Below are positions 10,285 to 19,288 of a stretch of 57,401 nt of DNA, in pieces. The translations under genes were made by a program, and so were the position numbers. Within the stretch, counting starts at the first letter, position 1, and each line of letters opens with the position of its first letter. Source of the stretch: a virus (taxonomy: Duplodnaviria; Caudoviricetes). The notes below the pieces were generated by a model that saw only the letters and a list, made by a program, of their open reading frames with translations, searched no databases and had not been told where the DNA came from. The stretch is taken from positions 1 through 57,401 of the IMG/VR virus record IMGVR_UViG_3300035704_000010; one strand, given 5' to 3'.

Positions 10285-10826
10285 CTTTCTGCGACCTTGA
10301 ACGGATTGAAGTGAACCGCGTCGCAGAGTTTTGCAAAAATCACGGCGATATCGTCCGCATTTGCCTGCGATGAAATTTCCTCGGCAATCTCCGATGCGGC
10401 TTTCGCATCGACGGCTCCGGGCTTGCCGCAGAGATAGGCGGCATATAGCAACACGTCAGATTCGATGGCTGGTCGCTCTGTAATCACGGAGGCAATTCGC
10501 AGCGATAGGAGCGTCATCGGTCCGCCCGACGATACCGCGTCAGCGAACACACGCGAAATGAATCCGGAGATGCGACGAGACATCGCGACAGAGGGCGGGA
10601 ACAGTCTAGCGGTTCCGTACGAAAGCTCGACGTCCGTGCCGTCCGGGTGAAGGATACGCTCCTGGGTGGCGTGATCGTCAAGATCCGGCCCCTTCTCGTC
10701 TTCTGGCTTCGGCTTTTCTTCCGGTGCCGCAGCGTCGACGCCGTCACCGCGCTGGCGGTGCTTCAGGTGGTTCGCGGAGATCCGCTCGAGTTCGAGTTCG
10801 CGGGGGGTCTTTTCGCTTCCGTGCAT
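10275..10826 (-). CDS. Tail assembly chaperone (gpG-like)
   Basis: Lies between tail tube and tape measure; ends ...ERKN* on a slippery heptamer. Confidence 0.8.
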   Translation of the reverse strand: MHGSEKTPRELELERISANHLKHRQRGDGVDAAAPEEKPKPEDEKGPDLDDHATQERILHPDGTDVELSYGTARLFPPSVAMSRRISGFISRVFADAVSSGGPMTLLSLRIASVITERPAIESDVLLYAAYLCGKPGAVDAKAASEIAEEISSQANADDIAVIFAKLCDAVHFNPFKVAERKN

Positions 10827-10900
10827 GGCTCCTCAAGAAAGGCTGAAGCCGGCCGGCGCAATCATCTGCGCGAGCCGGCAACGCCGAAGGGTCGAGATCG

Positions 10901-12250
10901 TTAGAACTTGGTGGTGCCGACGCCCGGACAGTACGCCGTGATCGTGTCGTTGGCGCCCGGCGTCGACTCGCCGCATGCGATCGGGATCGTCTGGCTGAGC
11001 GTCTTGCTCGTGTCGTCACCGGCCGTCCAGCTCGGCAAGAAGATTTTCGGCAGCACCAGCACGATGAAGATCGGGTCGCCGGGCGACATCGGGTCGATGC
11101 CTTGCATCGGCAGGATCAGCGAACCCAGCGGCAGCGGGCCACCGCCGGCGGCTGCCTGCGAGGCAATCAGTTCGTTTGCCGACTCGAACCCGAGCGACAA
11201 CGAACCGCTCAGCGTGCGGATGCCCTCCGGGAAGTTGTAGACCTTGTTCCCGCCGCCGCCGACGAAGTTGTCCTTTTGAAGGTTATTGCTGATCGTCAGA
11301 TCGATGCCGGCCAGCGACGAGTTGATACCGTTGCTGAAGTCGTTCCCGAAGAAGTTCGGTTTGACGAACAGCTGCTCCATGATGTACGGATTTTTCGCCG
11401 AGAGCACCGCCGTCGTCGGAGACCCGTCGGTGACCATGTCGGCGAAGACGATCGACGCCTTGGCCGTCAATCCTTGCTTCGGCTTCCAGCTCAGCGCGAG
11501 CGAATCGATTTTGCAGCCGAGGTAGTCGGTGCAGCTCGAGCCCGGACGATTGATCTGCTGCGAGAACGTCGGCAACGGCGAGCCCGGCCCCATGGTATTG
11601 AGCGGGTGCGAGTTGGTTCCGACGACGCCGGTTCCCGAGGAATGCGTCTTGGTGAATCCAGACCCCGGCGAGCCGACGTATCCGGTAATGAGCGTCTTAG
11701 CCGCGCCGGCCGGAAACCACGTGTCGACGGCGGTGACGACGAACGTTTCCTTGTTGCCTGCCGTGTCGACGTCGAGCGACATGCCCGGGAAGATGAAAAT
11801 CGGCAGCCCGAGATTCGGGGCGACCTGAGGAGTGATATGGAACGTCTTGTCGCCGATCGCGATCGCGGCAGTTGCCGTATTCCCGGTGTAGAGCTGAGCG
11901 CCGGTGGTCAGCGTCTGCTTGCCGAGCGTGTACGCCAAGACCATCGGGAAGGTATCGGCCGTCGTTTCGACGTCGAGCGAACCCGATCCGGTGCGCCCGC
12001 CGGGCGCCGGCACTGGAACGAACAGCGAGCCGCGCGGCGCGCGCGCGACCTGGTTCGTCGCGATCACGCCGCTCCAGCTGCGGAACGCGTGCCAGACCGT
12101 CGGAGCCACGAACGACGCGAAGGTCGTCTCTTTACCCCAGCCGAGGGTTTCCAGTTCGCCCTGCGGCGAGTACGGCTCTGCATGCAGTTGCAGATCGAAG
12201 TTAGGCCACGCACCGGGCTTTTTGTAGATCCGGCTTGCACGCGTCTTCAT
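10901..12250 (-). CDS. Major tail tube protein
   Basis: GWGKETTF, YLGCKIDSLALS and DLTISNNL...EGIRTLSGSLSL resemble tail-tube motifs; synteny. Start is ATG 12250 or TTG 12262. Confidence 0.8.
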   Translation of the reverse strand: MKTRASRIYKKPGAWPNFDLQLHAEPYSPQGELETLGWGKETTFASFVAPTVWHAFRSWSGVIATNQVARAPRGSLFVPVPAPGGRTGSGSLDVETTADTFPMVLAYTLGKQTLTTGAQLYTGNTATAAIAIGDKTFHITPQVAPNLGLPIFIFPGMSLDVDTAGNKETFVVTAVDTWFPAGAAKTLITGYVGSPGSGFTKTHSSGTGVVGTNSHPLNTMGPGSPLPTFSQQINRPGSSCTDYLGCKIDSLALSWKPKQGLTAKASIVFADMVTDGSPTTAVLSAKNPYIMEQLFVKPNFFGNDFSNGINSSLAGIDLTISNNLQKDNFVGGGGNKVYNFPEGIRTLSGSLSLGFESANELIASQAAAGGGPLPLGSLILPMQGIDPMSPGDPIFIVLVLPKIFLPSWTAGDDTSKTLSQTIPIACGESTPGANDTITAYCPGVGTTKF

Positions 12251-12260
12251 TGTGGTCTCC

Positions 12261-12297
12261 AAATAGAAAAAGAGCCGCCGTCAGAAGACGAGAGCTC
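12261..12297 (-). terminator. Putative intrinsic terminator upstream of the tail tube gene
   Basis: GAGCTCTCGTC-TTCT-GACGGCGGCTC followed by TTTTTCTATTT. Confidence 0.5.
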
Positions 12298-12350
12298 GGG
12301 AACTATGCGCGCGCGTTAGCGCGTCGGGGGTGTGTGTCTACGCTAACGCG

Positions 12351-12647
12351 TTATTCGGTGGGCTTCGCGGCCGCCGGCACCGGAATCGGGACGGAAGAGT
12401 TCGGCGCCTGCGCGGGTGCCGCCGCGGCACTCGGTGCCGGCGTCGGCGCCTTTGCGGGCTCGGCTTCGGCTTGCGCCTTCTGGAAGGGCGTCATCGTATC
12501 GCTGGCCAGCCGAAAGTGCGAGTTTCGCAGCACGATCTCTGCGTCCTCATCGGAAAGCACGCGCTCTTCGCCGTTGTTGAACTGTTTGCCGATCTCGGGA
12601 ACCGATCCCGGATTAACCCATGGGTTGTCGTAAACTACGGTTTTCAT
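12351..12647 (-). CDS. Small hypothetical virion-associated protein
   Basis: MKTVVYDNPW... with an upstream GGAG; Ala/Pro-rich tail. Confidence 0.6.
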   Translation of the reverse strand: MKTVVYDNPWVNPGSVPEIGKQFNNGEERVLSDEDAEIVLRNSHFRLASDTMTPFQKAQAEAEPAKAPTPAPSAAAAPAQAPNSSVPIPVPAAAKPTE

Positions 12648-12661
12648 CGAGGCGAGCTCCC

Positions 12662-13192
12662 TTACGAGACGGTTAAAATGGTGACGAGTGCTTCTGCGGT
12701 GACCGTGATCGCGGCGTAGGCCCAAATCTGTGCACCGGCGCCTGGACCGATTTCCCAGTCGAATCCGCCGCTGCTTACAATGGCTTTGTACGCCGATCCA
12801 GCGAGCGTGTAGTTTGCGCCGTCGTTGAGAACGGCAAGCAATCCGTTCCCGTCGCCAGGGATGACCAGCTGGCGTAGCCGATTCATGGCGTCCTCGCCAT
12901 TGGCCGGCGTGTTCTCGCCCATGCTCGCGGCAGCGCTCTCGTCGGTAGACTGCATGCCCATCACGATATTGAAGATCGAGATTAACTTGCGTTGCATGTT
13001 TGCCACGGGCCCGAGATTGAAGTCGCGCAGCTGCACGCCGATCGCCGGCGATTTCTTGGTCCAGAGCGTGTAGGCTTTGCCGACGTACTGGATGCCGTCG
13101 AGGCGTTTGCTGGGTCCGACCTCAGCCTCGATCTCGGCGACGAGCGCGTCCCACTGGTTTGCCAGGGTGAGGTCGACGGTGGTTATCGGCAC
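12662..13192 (-). CDS. Putative tail terminator/completion protein
   Basis: 176 aa just upstream of the tail tube; PAIGV...beta-strand pattern; synteny. Confidence 0.6.
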   Translation of the reverse strand: MPITTVDLTLANQWDALVAEIEAEVGPSKRLDGIQYVGKAYTLWTKKSPAIGVQLRDFNLGPVANMQRKLISIFNIVMGMQSTDESAAASMGENTPANGEDAMNRLRQLVIPGDGNGLLAVLNDGANYTLAGSAYKAIVSSGGFDWEIGPGAGAQIWAYAAITVTAEALVTILTVS

Positions 13193-14085
13193 TAGACTCC
13201 GGCCGTGGCCCCGTTAGGGTTGCTCGGCAGGCTGATCTTCCACGGCGCCGAGATCGAAATGCTCGGGATGACCAGGACGTACGGATCCGGACCAGTCACG
13301 GGCACGTAGATATTGCCGTCCGCGCCGCGCGACGTCCATTTGGTTTCGGCCGTGGCTTCGAGGTTGCGAAGCGTGCGCGTGCTCCAGGTCGGCGCGTTGT
13401 ACGTCTCGACCGTGTGGACCGCCGAGACGATCAGATTTCCGCGCGCGTCGATGGCGATCGCCGACGGGCCGGCACCGGTAACCTGAAGCCGGGTCCAAGC
13501 GCCGTTGATGAACTCCTCGACGAAGTTGTACGGCGACGCGTAGACCGCGGCGTAAACGTGGCCGGCGTGATCGGCCGCGACGCTGTAAACCGCGTAAGGC
13601 TCTGGGATCGGGAACGACGCAAAGCGCTTCTCGGCGCCGGGCCGGTACTCGCTGACCCCGGCTCCAGACTTTCCGTCGCGGGCCACCAGCAGGTTGTCGT
13701 TATCGTCGACGGCGATGCCGTACGGATGCTCGGCTCCCAGGTTGATGACGCGCAGCAGTTTGGTCGCTCCGCTCGAGAAAACTTCGATCGACGAGGCGCC
13801 CCACAGCGCGACGTAGACGTTTCCCTGACTATCCGAAGCGACGCTGATTGCCGGCACCGGCAGATCGACCGTGCGGATTGGCGTCCCGACGAGGCTTGCG
13901 TGGGCTGGAAGGACGATCAGATGCGCAGCCTGGTCGACGACGTAGACGTACGCCGGCCGGACGATGGTGTCTGCGCCTTGAGGCGGCGCGGGGACCCCAG
14001 CCGTCGACTGGATCGCCGGCGGGTGCGTATTGCATCCAGCCTGCGAGATTAGCACGGACACGGCTAAAATCAGCGCGAGCTTCAT
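13192..14085 (-). CDS. Lipoprotein with NHL-like beta-propeller repeats
   Basis: Lipobox-like ISQAG-C; repeats VASDSQGNVYVA, IAVDDNDNLLVA, VAADHAGHVYAA, IAIDARGNLIVS. Confidence 0.8.
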   Translation of the reverse strand: MKLALILAVSVLISQAGCNTHPPAIQSTAGVPAPPQGADTIVRPAYVYVVDQAAHLIVLPAHASLVGTPIRTVDLPVPAISVASDSQGNVYVALWGASSIEVFSSGATKLLRVINLGAEHPYGIAVDDNDNLLVARDGKSGAGVSEYRPGAEKRFASFPIPEPYAVYSVAADHAGHVYAAVYASPYNFVEEFINGAWTRLQVTGAGPSAIAIDARGNLIVSAVHTVETYNAPTWSTRTLRNLEATAETKWTSRGADGNIYVPVTGPDPYVLVIPSISISAPWKISLPSNPNGATAGV

Positions 14086-14140
14086 TGTTCGATGCTCCCT
14101 ATTCGGAAACGAAAGAGGTTCGGTCGCCGCCCTACGACGT

Positions 14141-14156
14141 CTGATATAATTCGCGT
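14141..14156 (+). promoter_or_regulatory. Extended -10 promoter, probably leaderless HNH mRNA
   Basis: TGaTATAAT, then 6 nt, then ATG 14157. Confidence 0.6.
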
Positions 14157-14615
14157 ATGTGGGGCAAAATCGGAATCCCTGAAGGCGTACTCGTCGACGA
14201 CGATGTCGAGGTTTGGGCGTCGAAGTTTCGGTGGCGAATCATGAAGTCAACCAAGACGTCGTACGTCAGGCGCCACGTCTCGGGAGAAACGCGATCGGAG
14301 TTCCTTCATCGAGAGGTCCTCGGTCTGGAACCGGGTGACGGCCGAAAGGTCGACCACATCAACGGTAACGGCCTCGACAACCGGCGCGCGAACCTCCGAA
14401 TCGTCGACCACGCGCTGAATCAATTGAACCGAATCGGGATAGACGCGAAGAATACGAGCGGCTTCCGCGGCGTTTACTTTCGCAATGGTAAATGGTTCGC
14501 CAAATGCTCCGTGTCCAAACGCCAGCACTACCTCGGAACCTACGATACGCGCGAGGCTGCAGCCGAGGCGGTTAGAGTCTTTCTCGAACCTTATGACCCC
14601 GCGAAGGACTCCTGA
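14157..14615 (+). CDS. HNH endonuclease with C-terminal AP2-like domain
   Basis: LHR...VDHINGNGLDNRRANLR; NTSGFRGVY...YLGTYDTREAAA. Confidence 0.9.
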   Translation: MWGKIGIPEGVLVDDDVEVWASKFRWRIMKSTKTSYVRRHVSGETRSEFLHREVLGLEPGDGRKVDHINGNGLDNRRANLRIVDHALNQLNRIGIDAKNTSGFRGVYFRNGKWFAKCSVSKRQHYLGTYDTREAAAEAVRVFLEPYDPAKDS

Positions 14616-15139
14616 CCGCGGATATACTGCTCGAAGATGCCGACGCTGCGTTTGGCGTCGTCGTCGGAAATGAAGAGGAACGGCCGCGGCGGTGCGCCCT
14701 TGACGCTGCGAGCAAAAATGCGCTGGCCGTTGATGACGAAGACTAAAAACTTACCGTTTTTCGGCGTGATCGGAGCGCCGCGGGGGCCGTAGATGCCCGT
14801 TCCCTCTTGCATAAGGCGACCCACGTTGTAGCCGTCGCCGGTCGTGAGATTCGTTCCGACGCGTAGGCCGTGTGGGATATCTTGCCAGAGGTTGCCCGAT
14901 CCGCCGCGCGTCAGCGATCGGAGCAGCGCGCCGTTGCGATTAAGCGACGTACCTTTGGACGACTCGAGCGTCGGCGCCCAATTCCCGTCGCCGCCCGTTT
15001 CGATGCGACCCTGAGCCGATGCGAGAACGAGGACCGAAGAGCGCTGGATCGGCGGATTGAGATCGCGCAGCCGGTTGTAATAGGCGGTCGCCTGGGTGCG
15101 CGTTTCCGCCAGCCCTTTGACCGTGATCTTGAACTCCAT
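14591..15139 (-). CDS. Virion morphogenesis/tail completion protein (Mu gpG / HK97 gp10-like)
   Basis: W.P...L.R.G.L..S, VGTN, QEGTG, PPRPFL motifs. Confidence 0.8.
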   Translation of the reverse strand: MEFKITVKGLAETRTQATAYYNRLRDLNPPIQRSSVLVLASAQGRIETGGDGNWAPTLESSKGTSLNRNGALLRSLTRGGSGNLWQDIPHGLRVGTNLTTGDGYNVGRLMQEGTGIYGPRGAPITPKNGKFLVFVINGQRIFARSVKGAPPRPFLFISDDDAKRSVGIFEQYIRGQESFAGS

Positions 15140-15167
15140 GGGCTAGAACCGTGCCGCTCCGAGAATC

Positions 15168-17651
15168 CTAGTTATAGATAACGCGCGCACTCAAATATCC
15201 GTAAAGCGTAACGCTGGTCGCGGTGTTTCCATCAACCCATGCGCGCAGCGTTGTCGTCGAGTTCGCTGAGACACTGATTAGGCAACGGATCGCCTGGGAG
15301 TCTCCGCCCCCCGTTCCGGCCGTCGCATTACCAAACGGGGTGCTTCCGCAGATTCGTTGTCCGAGCGGGACTCCGGTTCCGCGACAGATGCCCGTCGCGC
15401 CATCTACGGGAGCGCCGCCAGGCAGCGACCATGTCGACGGTGAGGTAATACAAAGCGTCGCGTTTTCTGCCGTGAACGCGGTGGCTGTATTCGCGTACTC
15501 GTCGACCTCGATCATCGGGCTTCCAGCTCCGGCCGAAATCGTTACGTCAGAACCGAGTTGTACGTAAGTACTCGGAGTCGTCCCGGTTGAAGCGTTGACG
15601 TTACCGGTCGATTGCAGATTTGGCGTCGCGTTGGGGCACGGCGTTGCGAGACCGCCGGTCGTCGCGCAATAGGCGCTTCCCGAAGGAATGTCTGCGTCCG
15701 TAACGTGGCTGACGACAACTCCAGCCCCGTTATAGTTCCCGTTCCCCGTAATGACCGCTCGTGCAGATCCGCTACCGGGACTGAACCATGCCATAATGTT
15801 CCCGGAATTGGCCGACGTAAAGACGTACGCGGAAGAAGCGCCGGTGTAACCCGAGGTAAAGAATGCTTGCGCGTTCCCGGGGAACCCGATGGCGTTCGTT
15901 GGGATATTGAAAATGGTCGCGAGGACCTGCTCCGCGAGCGTTCCGCCGATCGTGGTCTCGAGCGCGTTAGTCGACGGGTTGTAAGCCGTCTTTTCGGTGC
16001 CGACGTTCGTAAATGCCGCGAAGTGACCACTCGCTCCGGTTGGCGCGGTATTCGTCGCGTTCCAATTTATCGAGTCGCCGCCTTTCATAACAAGGTCGGA
16101 CGTCGGCGCAGAACCCGCGTTCCTGATCGATGAAAAGTCGATGCCGATCGGCGTCATCGCGGTCGCCATTAAGATAGCGTTGACCGGCACCGTCATCGTG
16201 CCTTGCGCGCGAATATACTCCCACGATTCGTGATAGGCTGCCGTATTATTCGTGCGGTTTAGGTTGTAAGCGACGCCGACGCACTCGGCATCCCAACCCT
16301 GGTCTGTGCAATTGACGTCACCGCCGGGATGCAAATAAACGTGATCCGCTCCGGCGAGAACCTGAATCGCGATTCCTGCGCCAGCTGAGCTACCTAGCCA
16401 ATCCGTAGGACTGTAAGGCGGAAGTGGCGCTGAATCAAAAACGCTTATGTAGAGGCCGGGGTTATCGCCTTGCGCCGCCGTGCTGACGCTAAGAGCAGCG
16501 CATGGAAGCATCGTTCGCCCAACGCCGCGTACGCCGGCGGAACCGGATTGATAACCGGCGTTTGCTCCCCATTTGCAGACGCCCACAATCCCTTCGGTAT
16601 TTGGGCTGACCGCGTATGCCGACGACGGGCAACTTGGAATGCACCCGCTCGAATTGTTTATCAACGATTCGAAGGCAAGAGCTATATGCGACGTATCGCC
16701 GTTGAAGCCGGTAATCGGGTCGAACGGTTGCGTTCCGTTGAACGTCGGCGCGCTGAGCATGACGATATTCGTCGGAGCGCGCAGGTTCCATAGACTGCTA
16801 TCAAACGACGCCAAGAGCCCAGGGCCGCTAGTGGTTCCGTCCTTAAGACTCGTCCAGCCCTGCTGCAGTCTACAGGTTCTCCCGAACGGGATGACGAGCT
16901 GCGAGGGCGCGGCGGCGAACGCTGTCGCGTCGTTCGTCGAGTTATCGCAGACCATCGCGTTTAGCATCGCGTTATTGCCACGATCTGGAATCTGTAGGCC
17001 CGTTCCGCCCTGCCCGGTCGGCAACGGATTAGGGACTGGTGGCGGGGTCGGGCAGCCGGACGTCGTCAGGGTCTTCTGCGAATCGGTGCAGACGCTCGAC
17101 GATGCCGAGAGCGAAGCGAGATTCAGCGCCGAGACTTTCAGCATGGTCAGCAACGGAAACGTGACGCCCGTTATGCCCGACCCGTCGGCGACGACCGTGT
17201 ATTCGAGGACCGACGACGCCGTCGGTGGCGTGTTCGTCAGGCTGCGCGTGAACGCCGGCGGGGAGACTTTCGGGTCGACGAACCAGTAGCTCGTCGCGCT
17301 GGCCGGCGCCGTAAGCGATGCGGTCGCCGTGTGGATCCGGTTACCGCCGGCAATCCAGTCGAGCGCCGGAATCGTGAAGGCGTACGAGCTGCCGGAGTAC
17401 GAAAAAACGGGGTTCTCGATCGCGCCGTCGGTGTAGAAGTCGCCGACCTGGCCCGGGCACGTCTCAGCGTGACTAAAAATGCGCATGATCGTCGGGGCGT
17501 CGACGGGATTGTGGGGGCCGTTGGCCAGGATGACCGGTGGCGTGCAGTAGGCAGGCGTTGCCGTGCCGACTGCGGGCGCCCGGTGAGGAGCAATCCCGAA
17601 GAACGACGCAACGAAAAAGAGCGCGACGAGCACGCCTTTACGATTGTGCAC
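15168..17651 (-). CDS. Large tailspike/fibre-like protein with N-terminal signal peptide
   Basis: 827 aa; hydrophobic leader; LPTGQGGTG and CDNSTNDATAFAAA...LVIPFGRTC resemble the start of pectate-lyase-like spike domains. Confidence 0.55.
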   Translation of the reverse strand: MHNRKGVLVALFFVASFFGIAPHRAPAVGTATPAYCTPPVILANGPHNPVDAPTIMRIFSHAETCPGQVGDFYTDGAIENPVFSYSGSSYAFTIPALDWIAGGNRIHTATASLTAPASATSYWFVDPKVSPPAFTRSLTNTPPTASSVLEYTVVADGSGITGVTFPLLTMLKVSALNLASLSASSSVCTDSQKTLTTSGCPTPPPVPNPLPTGQGGTGLQIPDRGNNAMLNAMVCDNSTNDATAFAAAPSQLVIPFGRTCRLQQGWTSLKDGTTSGPGLLASFDSSLWNLRAPTNIVMLSAPTFNGTQPFDPITGFNGDTSHIALAFESLINNSSGCIPSCPSSAYAVSPNTEGIVGVCKWGANAGYQSGSAGVRGVGRTMLPCAALSVSTAAQGDNPGLYISVFDSAPLPPYSPTDWLGSSAGAGIAIQVLAGADHVYLHPGGDVNCTDQGWDAECVGVAYNLNRTNNTAAYHESWEYIRAQGTMTVPVNAILMATAMTPIGIDFSSIRNAGSAPTSDLVMKGGDSINWNATNTAPTGASGHFAAFTNVGTEKTAYNPSTNALETTIGGTLAEQVLATIFNIPTNAIGFPGNAQAFFTSGYTGASSAYVFTSANSGNIMAWFSPGSGSARAVITGNGNYNGAGVVVSHVTDADIPSGSAYCATTGGLATPCPNATPNLQSTGNVNASTGTTPSTYVQLGSDVTISAGAGSPMIEVDEYANTATAFTAENATLCITSPSTWSLPGGAPVDGATGICRGTGVPLGQRICGSTPFGNATAGTGGGDSQAIRCLISVSANSTTTLRAWVDGNTATSVTLYGYLSARVIYN

Positions 17652-17664
17652 GCTCGGAATCTCC

Positions 17665-18096
17665 TTACTTTTGAACCATCGACTGCGGGCCGATCTTTAG
17701 TTTGATCTCGAGGTGCGGTAAAAGTGACGTGCGGCTCGACGTCGACACGACGAGAAACCGTTTACTGTCGGCCTCACGAACGACGAAATCTCCGACTTCG
17801 ATCGGCGGCAGTAGGACCGTGCTTCCCGAGAAGTAGCTGTCCCCGTAGTCCTTGCCGTCGCCCCAGGTCTGCGGGTTCGTGTTCGAAATGATCAGCAACG
17901 CATCGGCGACCTCGACGTTGCCGGCCGGGTTGAAGTACGTGGATCCGCCGCCTTCTTGCAGCGATCCGTTGCCGACGTAGATCGTGTCGACCGTCGGTGC
18001 GATGCCCTTGCCGACGCGCGTCACGGTGACCTGATCGGTCTCGAGCATGGCGTTTATCGCGGCGATTGATCTGCTCTGAAAGATCGGGTTAAGCAA
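17665..18096 (-). CDS. Putative head closure (stopper) protein
   Basis: 143 aa after the adaptor; ...IEVGDFVV...FLVV pattern. Confidence 0.6.
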   Translation of the reverse strand: MLNPIFQSRSIAAINAMLETDQVTVTRVGKGIAPTVDTIYVGNGSLQEGGGSTYFNPAGNVEVADALLIISNTNPQTWGDGKDYGDSYFSGSTVLLPPIEVGDFVVREADSKRFLVVSTSSRTSLLPHLEIKLKIGPQSMVQK

Positions 18097-19276
18097 AATA
18101 GAGCCCGTTCTCGGCGTACGCGTCCAAGAGCGACTCGGCTTGCTGCACCATCAACGGCTTGCCGGTGCCGGACATGCCATCGGTCTGCTTCCAGGCGATG
18201 CGGTTCGTGTTCTCGCCCATTTGATAAATGCCGCGGTTTGCGAGGTTGTTCTGCTCGTAGATCCGCTGGAGGATCAGCAGCCGGTTCGCCTCGAGGATGC
18301 CGTCGGCAACCTGCGGCGAGCTCGTGTCGACGGTCGGCAGCGTGTCCTGCCAGATATTCGCCGGCGCGCTGAGCGAGTTTACGGTGATCTGTAGCGTCGT
18401 GCTTCCGTAAGCCACGAAGGGCGACTCGCCGACGAGAATCGGCACGGGGATGAACGCCTCGCCGATAGCGTGCGCGAACTGCAGCCCGGCCGCGAGGGTG
18501 ACATTTGAGCCGGCGACGCTGGCGATCGTCACGACCTCTGCGGTCGCTCCAGCCCCGAGCAGCCACTGCGCATTCGGCGTCATGCCGGTCGACCCGGCGA
18601 CGGCGAGCGCGGTTGCTCCGGCGGCCGGCGCTGCGGTCAGCGTCGTATTGTTCGCTGCGGGCGATGCGTACGCGCGGAAAAGGTAGACGCCCAAGCCCGG
18701 CGCTGGCGTGATCACGAAGACGCCCGACGTCGTCGTGTATTGCTGCACTGGCGAGCTGGTCTCGCCGTAAAATGTCTTCGCCGTGACCGCCACGTTGTAG
18801 GCGCCCGGCGTCAGCCCGGTGCCTTGGCTCTCGGCGATCGTGATCGCCGGCGGCTTGGCCACCGAATATCCGCATCCCCAAGCCTGTGTGACGTCGACGG
18901 GCACGTTGCGCGGGAAAACGTACCCGCGGACTCCCTGCCAATACATCGGGGTGTACGAGAGCATCGCACCGGCTTCGTAGTCGATCAGCAGCTGGCTGGT
19001 CGGGAGAATCGCGCCCTGCGTCGCCGGGATGGCCAGCTGCACGCGCTTGACGTACAGCAGCGGCTTCTCTTCGAGCTGAAGGAAGCTCTCGCCCGATCCG
19101 TAGTACCGGATCGTGCGCTCCTGCGCGCGGTACGATCGGCGCATATACGAGTCCGCGTACCCGGTCGCGGCGACGCACATGCTATCCAGTTGCGCGTCGG
19201 TGTAGCCTGAAAGATCGTAGTCGCTGGGCAGCGCCTTCAATTGCGTCGCCGTGAGATAGGACGTCGCGAGGAACAT
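18089..19276 (-). CDS. Head-tail adaptor with inserted accessory domains
   Basis: SYLTATQLK...AATGYADSYMRR N-terminus typical of gp6/gp15-type adaptors; unusually long (395 aa). Confidence 0.7.
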   Translation of the reverse strand: MFLATSYLTATQLKALPSDYDLSGYTDAQLDSMCVAATGYADSYMRRSYRAQERTIRYYGSGESFLQLEEKPLLYVKRVQLAIPATQGAILPTSQLLIDYEAGAMLSYTPMYWQGVRGYVFPRNVPVDVTQAWGCGYSVAKPPAITIAESQGTGLTPGAYNVAVTAKTFYGETSSPVQQYTTTSGVFVITPAPGLGVYLFRAYASPAANNTTLTAAPAAGATALAVAGSTGMTPNAQWLLGAGATAEVVTIASVAGSNVTLAAGLQFAHAIGEAFIPVPILVGESPFVAYGSTTLQITVNSLSAPANIWQDTLPTVDTSSPQVADGILEANRLLILQRIYEQNNLANRGIYQMGENTNRIAWKQTDGMSGTGKPLMVQQAESLLDAYAENGLYFA

Positions 19277-19288
19277 CGGGCGACCTCC

